Below, piece by piece: positions 51,049 to 64,000 of a stretch of DNA of 64,000 nt (its first letter is position 1; each line of letters opens with the position of its first letter). This stretch comes from Candidatus Iainarchaeum sp. (GTDB lineage: Archaea > Iainarchaeota > Iainarchaeia > Iainarchaeales > JAAZKV01): contig JAQVNZ010000002.1 of assembly GCA_028702895.1 (NCBI GenBank), forward strand, positions 9,296 through 73,295, given 5' to 3'. Under the pieces are notes generated by a model. The model searched no databases. It saw only the letters and a program-made list of their open reading frames with translations, and was not told the origin of the DNA. The translations under genes were made by a program, and so were the position numbers.

Positions 51049-51795
51049 TTACCTGCTTGCTCTTGCAATTCTTTCTACTTCATCTCTTCTTTTTATTGCC
51101 AAGCTTTTTGTATCCTTGTTTGCAGCTGAAATAATTTCGTCTGCTAATGCATTTGATGCATCAATTTTTGAATTAAAAGAGTTTCCAAAACCAGCTAATG
51201 CAATATTTTTTATTGCAGCATCTAATCTTTTTAATGGAGAAACATCAACTGCAATAGAATAAGCTACTCCGCCTTTTTTTACTCTTGTAACATCTTCTCT
51301 AGGTGCAGTGTTTTCAATAGCATTTACTAATATTTGTATTGGATTTTGTTTAGTTTTCATTTCAATAATTTCAAATGTTTTTTCTAATATTTGTGTGTTT
51401 TGTAATTTTTTTCCACAACTTCCTCGGCCTCTAATATATTTTCCACTTAATTTTCTTTTTCCTTGGCCGGATCTCATCATTTTGTTTATTAGTCTTTCAA
51501 CTAAATTAATATTCATTTTTCCAAATTTAGTTTGGCTTTTTCTTCCAAATGAGTGTGGTATTATTACTGGGTCTAGATTAATGTATGTTACTAAACTTAA
51601 ATCAGAAACAATTACATCTTTAGAACTCCATTTATTAAACATTTTATAATCTGAAAATGGACTATGTTTTTTAACAAAAACTGGTTTTTGTTGTTCTTGT
51701 GGAATATTTTCTGTTTGAACTTCTTGGAAAACTTTTTTAGTAGTATCTTCGAATTTTTTTGTTTTATTTTTAAATCCTTCTTTTTTTTCAACCAT
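51049..51795 (-). CDS. rps7: 30S ribosomal protein S7
   Basis: VERLIN, NPIQ, AVDVSP, ERIA. Confidence 0.96.
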   Translation of the reverse strand: MVEKKEGFKNKTKKFEDTTKKVFQEVQTENIPQEQQKPVFVKKHSPFSDYKMFNKWSSKDVIVSDLSLVTYINLDPVIIPHSFGRKSQTKFGKMNINLVERLINKMMRSGQGKRKLSGKYIRGRGSCGKKLQNTQILEKTFEIIEMKTKQNPIQILVNAIENTAPREDVTRVKKGGVAYSIAVDVSPLKRLDAAIKNIALAGFGNSFNSKIDASNALADEIISAANKDTKSLAIKRRDEVERIARASR

Positions 51796-51799
51796 ATTA

Positions 51800-51876
51800 T
51801 CACTATCGTCCTTTTTTGCTATTGACTAAAAAATACACTATCTGCACTCACAATGTTTGCTTGATAGTATTTAGTC
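51800..51876 (-). promoter_or_regulatory. Structured rps12-rps7 intercistronic element
   Basis: GACUAAA/UUUAGUC and ACUAUC/GAUAGU stems; second GAUAGU overlaps rps7 RBS. Confidence 0.5.
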
Positions 51877-51889
51877 TTAATTAAAATAA

Positions 51890-52321
51890 TTATCTCTTGC
51901 TTTTCTCCTTTTTTCCAGTTCTTAACATTTCTAAAGATATTCCGTTAACGTGGGTTACTTGGTATTTTACTCCCCATAGGTCTCCCATTGATCCGCCTTG
52001 TGCTCCGCCAATTCCTGATATTAATACTTCGTCGTGTTCATCAATGAATTTTATTGCACCATCTTTTGGTGCTAGTGCGGTTAATTCTTTACCATTTTTT
52101 ATTAATTGTACTCTAACACATTTTCTTATTCCTGAGTTTGGCTGTTTTGCAGTTACTCCTCTTTTTTCTAAAACAATTCCTTTTGCTTGTGGGGAACCTG
52201 CTAATAAATCTCCTTTATTACCTTCTCTAATTTTTAATTTTTTTGACACTCTCCTGTCTTTTTTTCGCCATTTAGTTCTCTTTTTTTGTAGACTTAATGC
52301 TGCGAATTCTCCTTTTCCCAT
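51890..52321 (-). CDS. rps12: 30S ribosomal protein S12
   Basis: [23 protein letters not shown]. Confidence 0.97.
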   Translation of the reverse strand: MGKGEFAALSLQKKRTKWRKKDRRVSKKLKIREGNKGDLLAGSPQAKGIVLEKRGVTAKQPNSGIRKCVRVQLIKNGKELTALAPKDGAIKFIDEHDEVLISGIGGAQGGSMGDLWGVKYQVTHVNGISLEMLRTGKKEKSKR

Positions 52322-52414
52322 TAATGCTCACCATAAACCTTTAACAAATAATAATTTTTTTAATCTAATATATTTTGTTTTAAATCCTTTTAAAAAAGCT
52401 TGTTTTTTAAAATT

Positions 52415-52810
52415 TTAATTTAAAATCATTTCCAATCCATAATTCCTTTCAATTATTTCTTTTACTATTCTAAATCTTCTGCTATTAATAAAAATTTTTT
52501 TCTTATCAATTGCATTAACATTTAATAATAATTTTTTATTCTTTGTTTTTGCCTCATTTATTTTTATTTGAAATGTTTTTGATAAAACATCTTCTGGTTT
52601 TTCATAAAACCCAATTATTTCAATTCTTTTGTTTAATGCTTTTTCTAATTGTTTAACATTAATTGCGTTTTTTCCAATTGCTTTTCCCATGTCTTTTTCT
52701 TTTACAAGATATGAAATGGTATTGTCTTTGACAATACAATCCTTTGGAGTTACTTGTGAAACTTTTTCAAATGCGTTTATTAATAAAATGTCTTCCATTG
52801 AAAGTTTCAT
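52415..52810 (-). CDS. nusA: Archaeal NusA (KH domains)
   Basis: MGKAIGK; position between L30e and S12. Confidence 0.92.
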   Translation of the reverse strand: MKLSMEDILLINAFEKVSQVTPKDCIVKDNTISYLVKEKDMGKAIGKNAINVKQLEKALNKRIEIIGFYEKPEDVLSKTFQIKINEAKTKNKKLLLNVNAIDKKKIFINSRRFRIVKEIIERNYGLEMILN

Positions 52811-52821
52811 TTTAATCACGA

Positions 52822-53151
52822 TTATTTACTGTTTTTAACAGTTTTATTTTCTTCTATTAAATCTAATACTTTACTTTTTCCTTTGTCAATAATAATTAAT
52901 GTTGATATAACAAATGGTTTTCCGCACACACTTCCTAGTGTTAAGCCATTATCTTTATAGTCAAAAGCATTTTTTCCTTGGGTTTTTGTTATGTGTAAAA
53001 GTTTTTCTTTTTCATTTGCAGGAATATTATTTGAAAATATTACTAATTCTCCGTTTCCTTTTAATAATTCTTTTTGGCATTGTCTTTGTCCAAAAACAAC
53101 TTTTCCAGTGTCAACTGCTCTTCTAATTTCAGTATTTGCGTCTATTGCCAT
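52822..53151 (-). CDS. rpl30e: 50S ribosomal protein L30e
   Basis: AVDTGKVVFG, LGSVCGKPF. Confidence 0.96.
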   Translation of the reverse strand: MAIDANTEIRRAVDTGKVVFGQRQCQKELLKGNGELVIFSNNIPANEKEKLLHITKTQGKNAFDYKDNGLTLGSVCGKPFVISTLIIIDKGKSKVLDLIEENKTVKNSK

Positions 53152-53210
53152 ATTATCAAACTCTTTTTATTTTTGAGAATTATAAATAAAGAAAAAAATA
53201 AGTTTTTTTC

Positions 53211-53250
53211 CCTTACTCCATAACACACATTTGTGTATTGTTTCTCAAGG
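53211..53250 (-). promoter_or_regulatory. Putative K-turn in rpl30e 5' leader
   Basis: CCUU-GA-GA-AAC ... GUU-AUG-GA-GU-AAGG downstream of TATA at ~53276-83. Confidence 0.5.
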
Positions 53251-53357
53251 TTAAATTAATTCTTTGAAATAATATTTATAAATGTTGTGTGTGTAATTCA
53301 ATTTTTTATTTGTATGATTGTTAGCGCATTTAATTTTTATTAAATGCGTTTTTGTTA

Positions 53358-54635
<1,278 letters not shown>

Positions 54636-54643
54636 TTACTCAC

Positions 54644-57244
<2,601 letters not shown>

Positions 57245-57265
57245 AAATAATCACCCAATTTTTTA

Positions 57266-59080
57266 TTATACTTTATCCACTAATTTTATTTTTGCTAATA
57301 TTCCTAGTGCTTTTAATTCTTCAAGCAATAATTTGAATCCATAACTCATTTCAACAGGGTACATTTTCCCGCCTTTTCCACCAAGAGTAATATTCTTTTT
57401 TCTTATTTCATCTCGGTATCCTATTAGACCACTTTCTTCATCAACCATTGCAACGAATTTATCTGAATCTTCAAGCATTTTTTCGTGTAATAACATTGCG
57501 GCTCCGTGTCCAACCAATGTTTCTCCTTCCATCTCTCCGAATCGTAATCCGCCCTCTTTTTCTTTTCCTTCAGTGGGTTGTCTTGTAAGCATTTGTACTG
57601 GTCCTCTTGCTCTTGCTTGTATTTTATGTGTTACAACGTGATACAATTTTTGGTAAGGGATTATTCCAGTGTATATTGCACCTTGGATTCTTTTTCCGCT
57701 AATACCATCATAAAAAATTTCCATTCCATCATTTCTATAACCGTTATCTACTAGCATTTGTTCTAATACTTCTCTTTTAGTAGAATTAAATGGTGTTCCA
57801 TCAATTATTTTTCCAGACGCAGCTCCTGCTTTTCCACCAATCATTTCAAGTAAGTGTCCCATAGTCATTCTTGATGGGATTGAATGTGGGTTTAATATTA
57901 AATCTGGTTTTATTCCATCAACTGTAAATGGCATGTCTTCTTCAGGAACAATATAACTAACAACACCTTTTTGTCCGTGTCTTGAAGCTAGTTTATCTCC
58001 AACTGCTGGTTTTAATACAGTTCTAACTTTAACTTTTGCTAATCGACTACCATCAGGTCCTTCAGTTATTAATATAGTGTCAACAAAACCATCTTTTCTT
58101 TTTCTAACTATTACTGATGAATCTCTTCTAGTTTCTTGTTCTGCTCCAAAATCATTCATTTCTTCAAAAAATTTTGGGGGAGATGTTTTTCCAATTATTG
58201 CTTCTCCTTCACAAACTTCTTGTTCTAAGTTTACTAATCCATCCATTCCTAATTTAGAATATTTTTCTTCTTCAATAAAACCAACTTTTGCTTCTGTTGG
58301 AATTTCAAATTTATCTCTTTGTCCACCAGGATATCTTTGTTCAATTGCTTCATATCCTCTAAAATAACATCCTCTAGCAAGTCCTCTATCAACTGCTCCT
58401 TGATTTAGGATAACCGCATCCATTGTATTAAACCCATAGTAAGGCATTATTGCTACAACAAAGTTTTGTACTTGTGGTCTTTCATCCATTCCAAGAACGT
58501 CCATTGTTCTAGTTTTAACAATATTTTTTTCAGGATAATATAACATGTATCCTTCAGTGTCTTGTCTTAATTTATAATTAGAAGTACCAAACCCGATTGC
58601 TTGTTTAAACATTTTGTCTCCGTGTAATGCTTTTCCTGCCATGTCGTGTTCAATATAAGGTACCATGCTTGAAATAACACTTAGGATAGCTGCGCCATCA
58701 ATTTCTAGGTGAGTGTGATCTTTTGTTATTTCTGCTTCACTTTGTGCTACTAGAGTACTTTCTTCTTCTTCAGAATCAAGGTATTCTATTACACCCATTT
58801 CAACTATTTTATTAAAATTCAATTCTTTATTCTCAACTTTTTCTTGTAATTCTTTAGTGTAAAGGCTCTTACCATTTTTAATAACAATTAAAGGTCTTTG
58901 TAATCGTCCTGCATCAGTGTTAATATAAATTTCATTAGTGTCTTTGTGAAATGCAATATTAGTTTCTTTAGGTAAAGCACCTTCTCTTCTAGCTGTAATT
59001 GCTATTTTGGTTAGCTCTTGTGCATTATCGTGAAAACCAATTAATCTACCATTAATATATACTTTTGCTACATTTGCCAT
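57266..59080 (-). CDS. rpoB1: RNA polymerase subunit B' (Rpo2C)
   Basis: GDKLASRHGQKG, NPHSIPSRMT, GGLRFGEME. Confidence 0.97.
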   Translation of the reverse strand: MANVAKVYINGRLIGFHDNAQELTKIAITARREGALPKETNIAFHKDTNEIYINTDAGRLQRPLIVIKNGKSLYTKELQEKVENKELNFNKIVEMGVIEYLDSEEEESTLVAQSEAEITKDHTHLEIDGAAILSVISSMVPYIEHDMAGKALHGDKMFKQAIGFGTSNYKLRQDTEGYMLYYPEKNIVKTRTMDVLGMDERPQVQNFVVAIMPYYGFNTMDAVILNQGAVDRGLARGCYFRGYEAIEQRYPGGQRDKFEIPTEAKVGFIEEEKYSKLGMDGLVNLEQEVCEGEAIIGKTSPPKFFEEMNDFGAEQETRRDSSVIVRKRKDGFVDTILITEGPDGSRLAKVKVRTVLKPAVGDKLASRHGQKGVVSYIVPEEDMPFTVDGIKPDLILNPHSIPSRMTMGHLLEMIGGKAGAASGKIIDGTPFNSTKREVLEQMLVDNGYRNDGMEIFYDGISGKRIQGAIYTGIIPYQKLYHVVTHKIQARARGPVQMLTRQPTEGKEKEGGLRFGEMEGETLVGHGAAMLLHEKMLEDSDKFVAMVDEESGLIGYRDEIRKKNITLGGKGGKMYPVEMSYGFKLLLEELKALGILAKIKLVDKV

Positions 59081-59090
59081 TAATATTCAC

Positions 59091-60554
59091 CTATAATTTT
59101 TTTAATTTTACTCCTTGGTTGTTTAAAAAACTTTCAATACCATCTTCTGGTACTTCAGTTGTTACTTCGCTCATAAAACATAAATTTTTTACAAGTCCAC
59201 ATTGTGGTCCGTCTGGTGTTTCAATGGGATCAAGTCTACCCCAGTGTGTTCCGTGAACATCTCTTGCCTCGTATAATTCTCTAGTCTTGCTTAATTGACT
59301 TTTAACTTTTCTTAAATCAGTTACTGGTGCTAGATAATTAACTCTATCCATGAATTTTGCTACTCCAGTACTTCTTCCAATCCAGTTTCCAGTACTCATT
59401 GCAAATCTAATCCTTTCACTTACTGCTCCAGGTCTAACAATAGTAGAAATATTTAATTTTCTTCTTCTAGTAACAGTTCTATCAATTTGGAATCTTAAAT
59501 CTTTAACAAAATATTTAAACGAATATCTAAATAAGTGTTCCATTAATTTTCCACTTAATTCTAATCTCTTATTAGTATAATGATCCTTATCATCTTTACT
59601 TCTTAATCCGTGGCTTCTTTCAATTGCTTTAGTAGCCATCATTGCTAAATAATATGCTTTTGCTAATCTTGCTTCTTCATCTTGACCAATATGTGGTAAT
59701 AAGAAACCGTTTATTACTTCTCTAGCTCTTCTTAATCTATAATCAATTACTTGGCCAGGTGCAACAAATTTTCCTATTTTATCTAATGCATCTTCTTCTA
59801 CTTTAATATCACATTCTTCCCAATTCAAACATAAATCGTTTTGTATTTCTATTTCTTCTGGGAAAGCATCAAAAACTTCTTTTCTTGTTTTAAGTCCTAG
59901 TGCTTTAAATAAAGTGAATAATAATAATTTTCTTGGACTAGTTGGAAAAGTAGCGTATAATAATCCTTCAGGACTTCTTGTAACTCTTACTCGTCCTTTA
60001 AAAGCTCCTTTTGTTGAAATAACTTCTGCAACAGTTCCTTTTTCTCCTTCAGAAATAAGTACTCTGTCACTAGATAATACTTCTTGTGTCATTAATGCTT
60101 TTTCAGAACCATTAACAATAAAATAGCCTCCAAAATCTTTTGGATCTTCGCCAGCGTCAATTAATTCGTTTGTATTCATTCCGTTTAACCAACATCTATT
60201 AGATTTAGTCATTATTGGTAAATCTCCAATGAATGTTCTTCTAGCGTCTTGTTCTACGTCTCTTCTAAATAATCGCATTGTTAAATAAATTGGGCCAGAA
60301 TAAGTTCTATTTCTAATTCTTGCTTCCATTGGTAAAAATTGGTCTCTTGGTGAACCGTCTGCTTCAATTATTTTTGGTTTGTCAATTTCAATATTGCTTA
60401 ATTCAATTTTAACTTCTTCTATTTTTGGGACAATTTCTTTGTTTTCGTCAACAATATCACTAATTTTATAATCTACAAATTGGTTGAATGAATCCAATTC
60501 CATTTGTGCAATATTTTTTTCTCTTAAATACGAATCAATTAATTCCCAACTCAT
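59091..60554 (-). CDS. rpoB2: RNA polymerase subunit B'' (Rpo2N)
   Basis: GGYFIVNGSEK, DDKDHYTNKRL, ETPDG..GLVKN. Confidence 0.97.
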   Translation of the reverse strand: MSWELIDSYLREKNIAQMELDSFNQFVDYKISDIVDENKEIVPKIEEVKIELSNIEIDKPKIIEADGSPRDQFLPMEARIRNRTYSGPIYLTMRLFRRDVEQDARRTFIGDLPIMTKSNRCWLNGMNTNELIDAGEDPKDFGGYFIVNGSEKALMTQEVLSSDRVLISEGEKGTVAEVISTKGAFKGRVRVTRSPEGLLYATFPTSPRKLLLFTLFKALGLKTRKEVFDAFPEEIEIQNDLCLNWEECDIKVEEDALDKIGKFVAPGQVIDYRLRRAREVINGFLLPHIGQDEEARLAKAYYLAMMATKAIERSHGLRSKDDKDHYTNKRLELSGKLMEHLFRYSFKYFVKDLRFQIDRTVTRRRKLNISTIVRPGAVSERIRFAMSTGNWIGRSTGVAKFMDRVNYLAPVTDLRKVKSQLSKTRELYEARDVHGTHWGRLDPIETPDGPQCGLVKNLCFMSEVTTEVPEDGIESFLNNQGVKLKKL

Positions 60555-60586
60555 TTTCACACAACCCAAATTTTTAAATATTTTTT

Positions 60587-60814
60587 TTAAATGACTCTCC
60601 GATAATAAGTACTTTGTCCTGCTGTTAGAGAATCCCTAATTATTTTTACAACATCGCCCTTGTCTGCCTTTAAAGGTTTTATAGCAGGGTCTAGTTTAGT
60701 AATTTTTGGTAAAGCGCTTTTATTAATTCCTAATTCGTTCATTAGTTCGTCTACTTTTTCTTTTCTTATTAAAACGTGTTCTGGAACTAAATAATGTCTT
60801 TTTTCTTCAACCAA
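60587..60814 (-). CDS. rpoH: RNA polymerase subunit H (Rpo5)
   Basis: HYLVPEH, LPKI..DP, RDS.TAG..YYR; start inferred at TTG after GGTGG. Confidence 0.93.
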   Translation of the reverse strand: MVEEKRHYLVPEHVLIRKEKVDELMNELGINKSALPKITKLDPAIKPLKADKGDVVKIIRDSLTAGQSTYYRRVI

Positions 60815-61048
60815 TAAACCACCAGGCAACTTTTTTAGTTTTTTTAGAATATATGCGGATGACAAGAAATTTTTTTAAAAAAAATCGCTATAAACCCACA
60901 AAACACCCATTAAATACAAAATGATTTAAACAATTCTTGTTTATTTTAAAAATCATTAATGCTATTCAAATTTATCTTGGAAAAGATTTAAAAGCGTTGC
61001 GTGTTCGAAATCATTTTTTTGAAAAGATTAATAAAAGTTATTCATTAA

Positions 61049-62725
61049 TTATTCGATTTGCCATTTTAATATTGGATAATTATTTTCTTGGGATGTCCAA
61101 ATATTTTCAAAATCCCATGTTGGATTAGTCGTATAAACTGCATGTGTTTGATCAAAAAACTCATTTATTTGTGTAATAGTTCCACATCCAGTTACTCCGC
61201 AAACACTTGCATTATCGTCTGGTTGATTAAACCACCAAACGTTGGTTGCTTTTCCATTTGACAAAAGCATATCGATTATCCCGCTTGGGGAATTTGTTCC
61301 GAGTATTTTTCCAGTGTTGTATGAATTCTTAACATGTCCTGTGGGCCCAGAAACTAATGGGGTTATGCCTGCGCTATTTGTTAGCCCTGTGATATTCCCT
61401 GTATTATAACAATTAATTATTTGGGATCCGACTATTGTTCCTGCAATACCTCCATAATATTGTTTTAATCCCGAGTTAAAACTTATGTTTCCGGTATTGT
61501 ATGAATCGTTAATACTAACATTTGAATTTAAATATCCTGCGAGCCCTCCAATGTGTTGGCTATTGCTAATAATATTTCCTGTGTTATAACTTTGATTTAT
61601 TGTTGAGTAATTTTCGATTTTACCACTAATCCCGCCTACATATTGGCCACCAATAACATTTGATGTATTGTGTATTTTTGTTAAATTTGATAATTGAAAA
61701 TAACCAATTATTCCGCCTGTATATACTCCGTTTGATTTTCCTTTAATCGTTCCTGAACAAAAAATGTTATTTATTGTTGAATTATTAGAATAGCCACTAA
61801 GTCCTCCAACAAAACTATTTCCTGTTATGTTTAAGTCTGTTAATTTTAAATTAATTATTTCTGCATTAACAATTTCTCCAAAAAATCCAATGCTTGATAA
61901 ACTTAGTCTGTTTACATAAATTCCATTTATTGTTTTGTTGTTTCCATTAAAACTTCCAGTAAATGCATTTGGATCATTTCCAATTGGTTCCCATCCTAAT
62001 ATGCCATTCCAATTAATTGTTTCACTTGCATCAATATCTTTCATTAAAATATAATTTCCATCTAGTTTGTCGCGTATTTGGTTTAAATCTTGCAAAGAAC
62101 AAATTTGAATTAGTTCATTTTCATTTTTAAAACAATGGTCTGGTAGTATTGGATCTTCTGTTGGTTCTGGGTTGTCTTCACATTGGATTATTGTTTTTTG
62201 AGTAATTGTTTTTTCTAAACCATGTTTTGTTTTATAAGTTATTTGAAATTCGCAGGTTTTTGTTTTTTGATTTGGTTCACATTCACAAGTATTAGTTAAT
62301 TGTATTAATTCATTGTTTCCTTGTTGTATTGTTTCATTATATTTGTTTTCGCCATTTTCAGTTGTTATTTTTGTTATTGTAATTGTTTCACCACTATTAT
62401 TTTTAAAATTTAATAATCCTGTGTCGTTTGAAGTATTTGTTATTGATTCAATAACACTTATTCCTCCTACTCCAAGTTGTCCTTTTAGTTGGTCGTTTGT
62501 TTGTGTGATTTGTTGTATATCAAACATGTTTGTTGAGATTCCTGCGACGATTAATCCTATTACAATTATGATTGCAATAATGATTAGGTATTCTATAGTG
62601 CCTTGTGCATTATTCTTTTGATGAAACTTTTTTAAAAAGTTTCCTATAGTTCCTTGTGCACTATTATTTTGATGAAACTTTTTTGAAAAGTTTTTTATTG
62701 TTCCTTGTGCTTTGTTGTTTTGCAT
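61049..62725 (-). CDS. Class III signal peptide surface protein with GLUG repeats
   Basis: AQGTIEYLIIIAIII; WEPIG..FTGSFNG; many GG(L/I)xG repeats; NYPILKWQIE end. Confidence 0.87.
   Translation of the reverse strand: MQNNKAQGTIKNFSKKFHQNNSAQGTIGNFLKKFHQKNNAQGTIEYLIIIAIIIVIGLIVAGISTNMFDIQQITQTNDQLKGQLGVGGISVIESITNTSNDTGLLNFKNNSGETITITKITTENGENKYNETIQQGNNELIQLTNTCECEPNQKTKTCEFQITYKTKHGLEKTITQKTIIQCEDNPEPTEDPILPDHCFKNENELIQICSLQDLNQIRDKLDGNYILMKDIDASETINWNGILGWEPIGNDPNAFTGSFNGNNKTINGIYVNRLSLSSIGFFGEIVNAEIINLKLTDLNITGNSFVGGLSGYSNNSTINNIFCSGTIKGKSNGVYTGGIIGYFQLSNLTKIHNTSNVIGGQYVGGISGKIENYSTINQSYNTGNIISNSQHIGGLAGYLNSNVSINDSYNTGNISFNSGLKQYYGGIAGTIVGSQIINCYNTGNITGLTNSAGITPLVSGPTGHVKNSYNTGKILGTNSPSGIIDMLLSNGKATNVWWFNQPDDNASVCGVTGCGTITQINEFFDQTHAVYTTNPTWDFENIWTSQENNYPILKWQIE
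62593..62725 (-). repeat. 51-bp tandem repeat (~2.6 copies) encoding reiterated prepilin cleavage site
   Basis: AQGTI occurs 3 times at 17-aa spacing. Confidence 0.85.
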
Positions 62726-62832
62726 ATTTATAGGATGTTTCTTTAGTTTTTATTCTTTTGTTTTTTTTTGAAAATATTTTGTTTTGAATTGTTTATTAGA
62801 AAATGTTTGTTTTTTTATAAAAATAATTATTT

Positions 62833-63261
62833 TTATCTGTGTCTTTTTAGTGTTTCAAAATAATTTGATTCAATTTGTTTTATTGGCCGTCTCATTTTTT
62901 TTTCTTCTTGTGGGAAATGCCAATATAATATTTTTTCGTGTCCAGGGTTCCAACAAAAAGTAATATCTTTATCTTCTAGTTTTGAATAAAAATCAATTTC
63001 CATTTCATCAATATTTCTAACAACACAACCTTCTCTTATTAGGTTTTCAATAATTTTGTATAATTCTAAATTTTTTTCATGAAAGCTCTTATTTAATTCT
63101 ATTTCCAGTAAATAATTTTCAACTTTTTCTTCATCAAATTCAAGCTTAGTATTATCTAGTAAATCTAATTCGTCTTTTAATATAATAATTCTTTCTAGTC
63201 TAGGACTAATTTTTCTTATCATTTCATTTGCTTCGCCTAAAGAAAAATATATTTTACTCAT
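62833..63261 (-). CDS. DUF2203 family protein
   Basis: YFSLGEAN, IDFYS, FCWNPG, YWH, RRPI. Confidence 0.85.
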   Translation of the reverse strand: MSKIYFSLGEANEMIRKISPRLERIIILKDELDLLDNTKLEFDEEKVENYLLEIELNKSFHEKNLELYKIIENLIREGCVVRNIDEMEIDFYSKLEDKDITFCWNPGHEKILYWHFPQEEKKMRRPIKQIESNYFETLKRHR

Positions 63262-63402
63262 AATAAAAGTTTAAAGGATTGATTTTATAAGAATATTGAA
63301 AATTATTTTAAACTAAAAAATAATTTTTTTTAAATATTTATGTAGTGCATAGTTTTTTTCTAAAAAGTTTTGTTTTTATTGTTTTTCTTTTAATAAGTTA
63401 TT

Positions 63403-64000
63403 ATGATTAAACCAGAATTATTAATGGGGGTATCATCTTTTTCGGGAGCTATTGCTGCAGTAAATAATGGTGCTAACGCGGTTTATTTTGGAATAAAAGG
63501 GTATAATATGCGAGACCTTGGAACAAATTTTAAATTAAACGAGTTATCAAAATTAATGAAATATTTGCACGAGAATAATGCTCGCGGATATTTAGCATTA
63601 AACACAATAATTTATGATGAAGAATTAGTTAAAGTAGAAAAAATTATTAAAAGTGCAAAAAAAGCAAGAGTAGACGCAATAATCGCTTCTGATTTAGGAG
63701 TAATGTCTCTAGTGAAAAAGCATGAAATAGAATTACATGTTTCTACTCAAGCATCAGTTTCAAATTTTACTGCACTAGAACAATATGGAAAGTTAGGTGC
63801 GAAAAGAATTGTTTTGGCAAGAGAATTATCTTTAATTCAAATAAAAAAATTGGTTAAAAAAGCACGAGGAATTGGAATAGAAATAGAAGTTTTTGTTCAT
63901 GGGGCAATGTGTATTAGTGTTTCAGGAAGATGTTTTCTCTCACACGAAATATTTGGTCGATCAGCTAATCGCGGAGAATGTTTGCAGCCTTGTAGGAGAG
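63403..64000 (+). CDS. Peptidase U32 family protein (RNA hydroxylation type), 3'-truncated by window edge
   Basis: Manual translation: PELL, GANAVYFG, HVSTQ, RIVLAREL, EVFVHGAMCISVSGRC, SANRGECLQPCR. Confidence 0.92.
   Translation, partial: MIKPELLMGVSSFSGAIAAVNNGANAVYFGIKGYNMRDLGTNFKLNELSKLMKYLHENNARGYLALNTIIYDEELVKVEKIIKSAKKARVDAIIASDLGVMSLVKKHEIELHVSTQASVSNFTALEQYGKLGAKRIVLARELSLIQIKKLVKKARGIGIEIEVFVHGAMCISVSGRCFLSHEIFGRSANRGECLQPCRR

Overview
AT-rich archaeal chromosome segment. Gene content and style suggest a DPANN lineage, possibly Diapherotrites/Iainarchaeota (inference). About 56 kb (7.1-63.3 kb) is co-oriented on the minus strand and holds most of the information-processing core. 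In transcription order: rpoH-B''-B'-A'-A''-L30e-nusA-S12-S7-EF2-(DUF2207)-EF1a-S10, a 5-gene accessory insert (incl. a short bacterial-type RtcB), the L3...secY superoperon running into L34e-L14e-S13-S4-S11-rpoD-tRNA-Leu(UAA, intron)-L18e-L13-S9-rpoN-S2, then TrmB, GluRS, L7Ae-S28e-L24e-ndk-aIF5B-S6e-aIF2g-PIN-rpoE'-spt4-S24e-S27ae and Kae1. The flanks carry three paralogous class-III-signal/GLUG surface proteins, an APC permease, DAHP synthase and a U32 protein. Most notable: (i) a 28-Cys insert that appears recursively nested in a hypervariable loop of one pilin-like paralog; (ii) structured RNA leaders on r-protein genes (K-turn candidates before L7Ae and L30e, an RBS-occluding switch before S7, a multi-stem L3 leader); (iii) clustered non-canonical substitutions in the RNA polymerase active centre; (iv) a shared operator-like motif linking TrmB to a surface protein; (v) an unannotated 51-aa Cys-motif protein. 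No CRISPR, integrase, transposase or RT was seen. All alignments and folds were done by eye.
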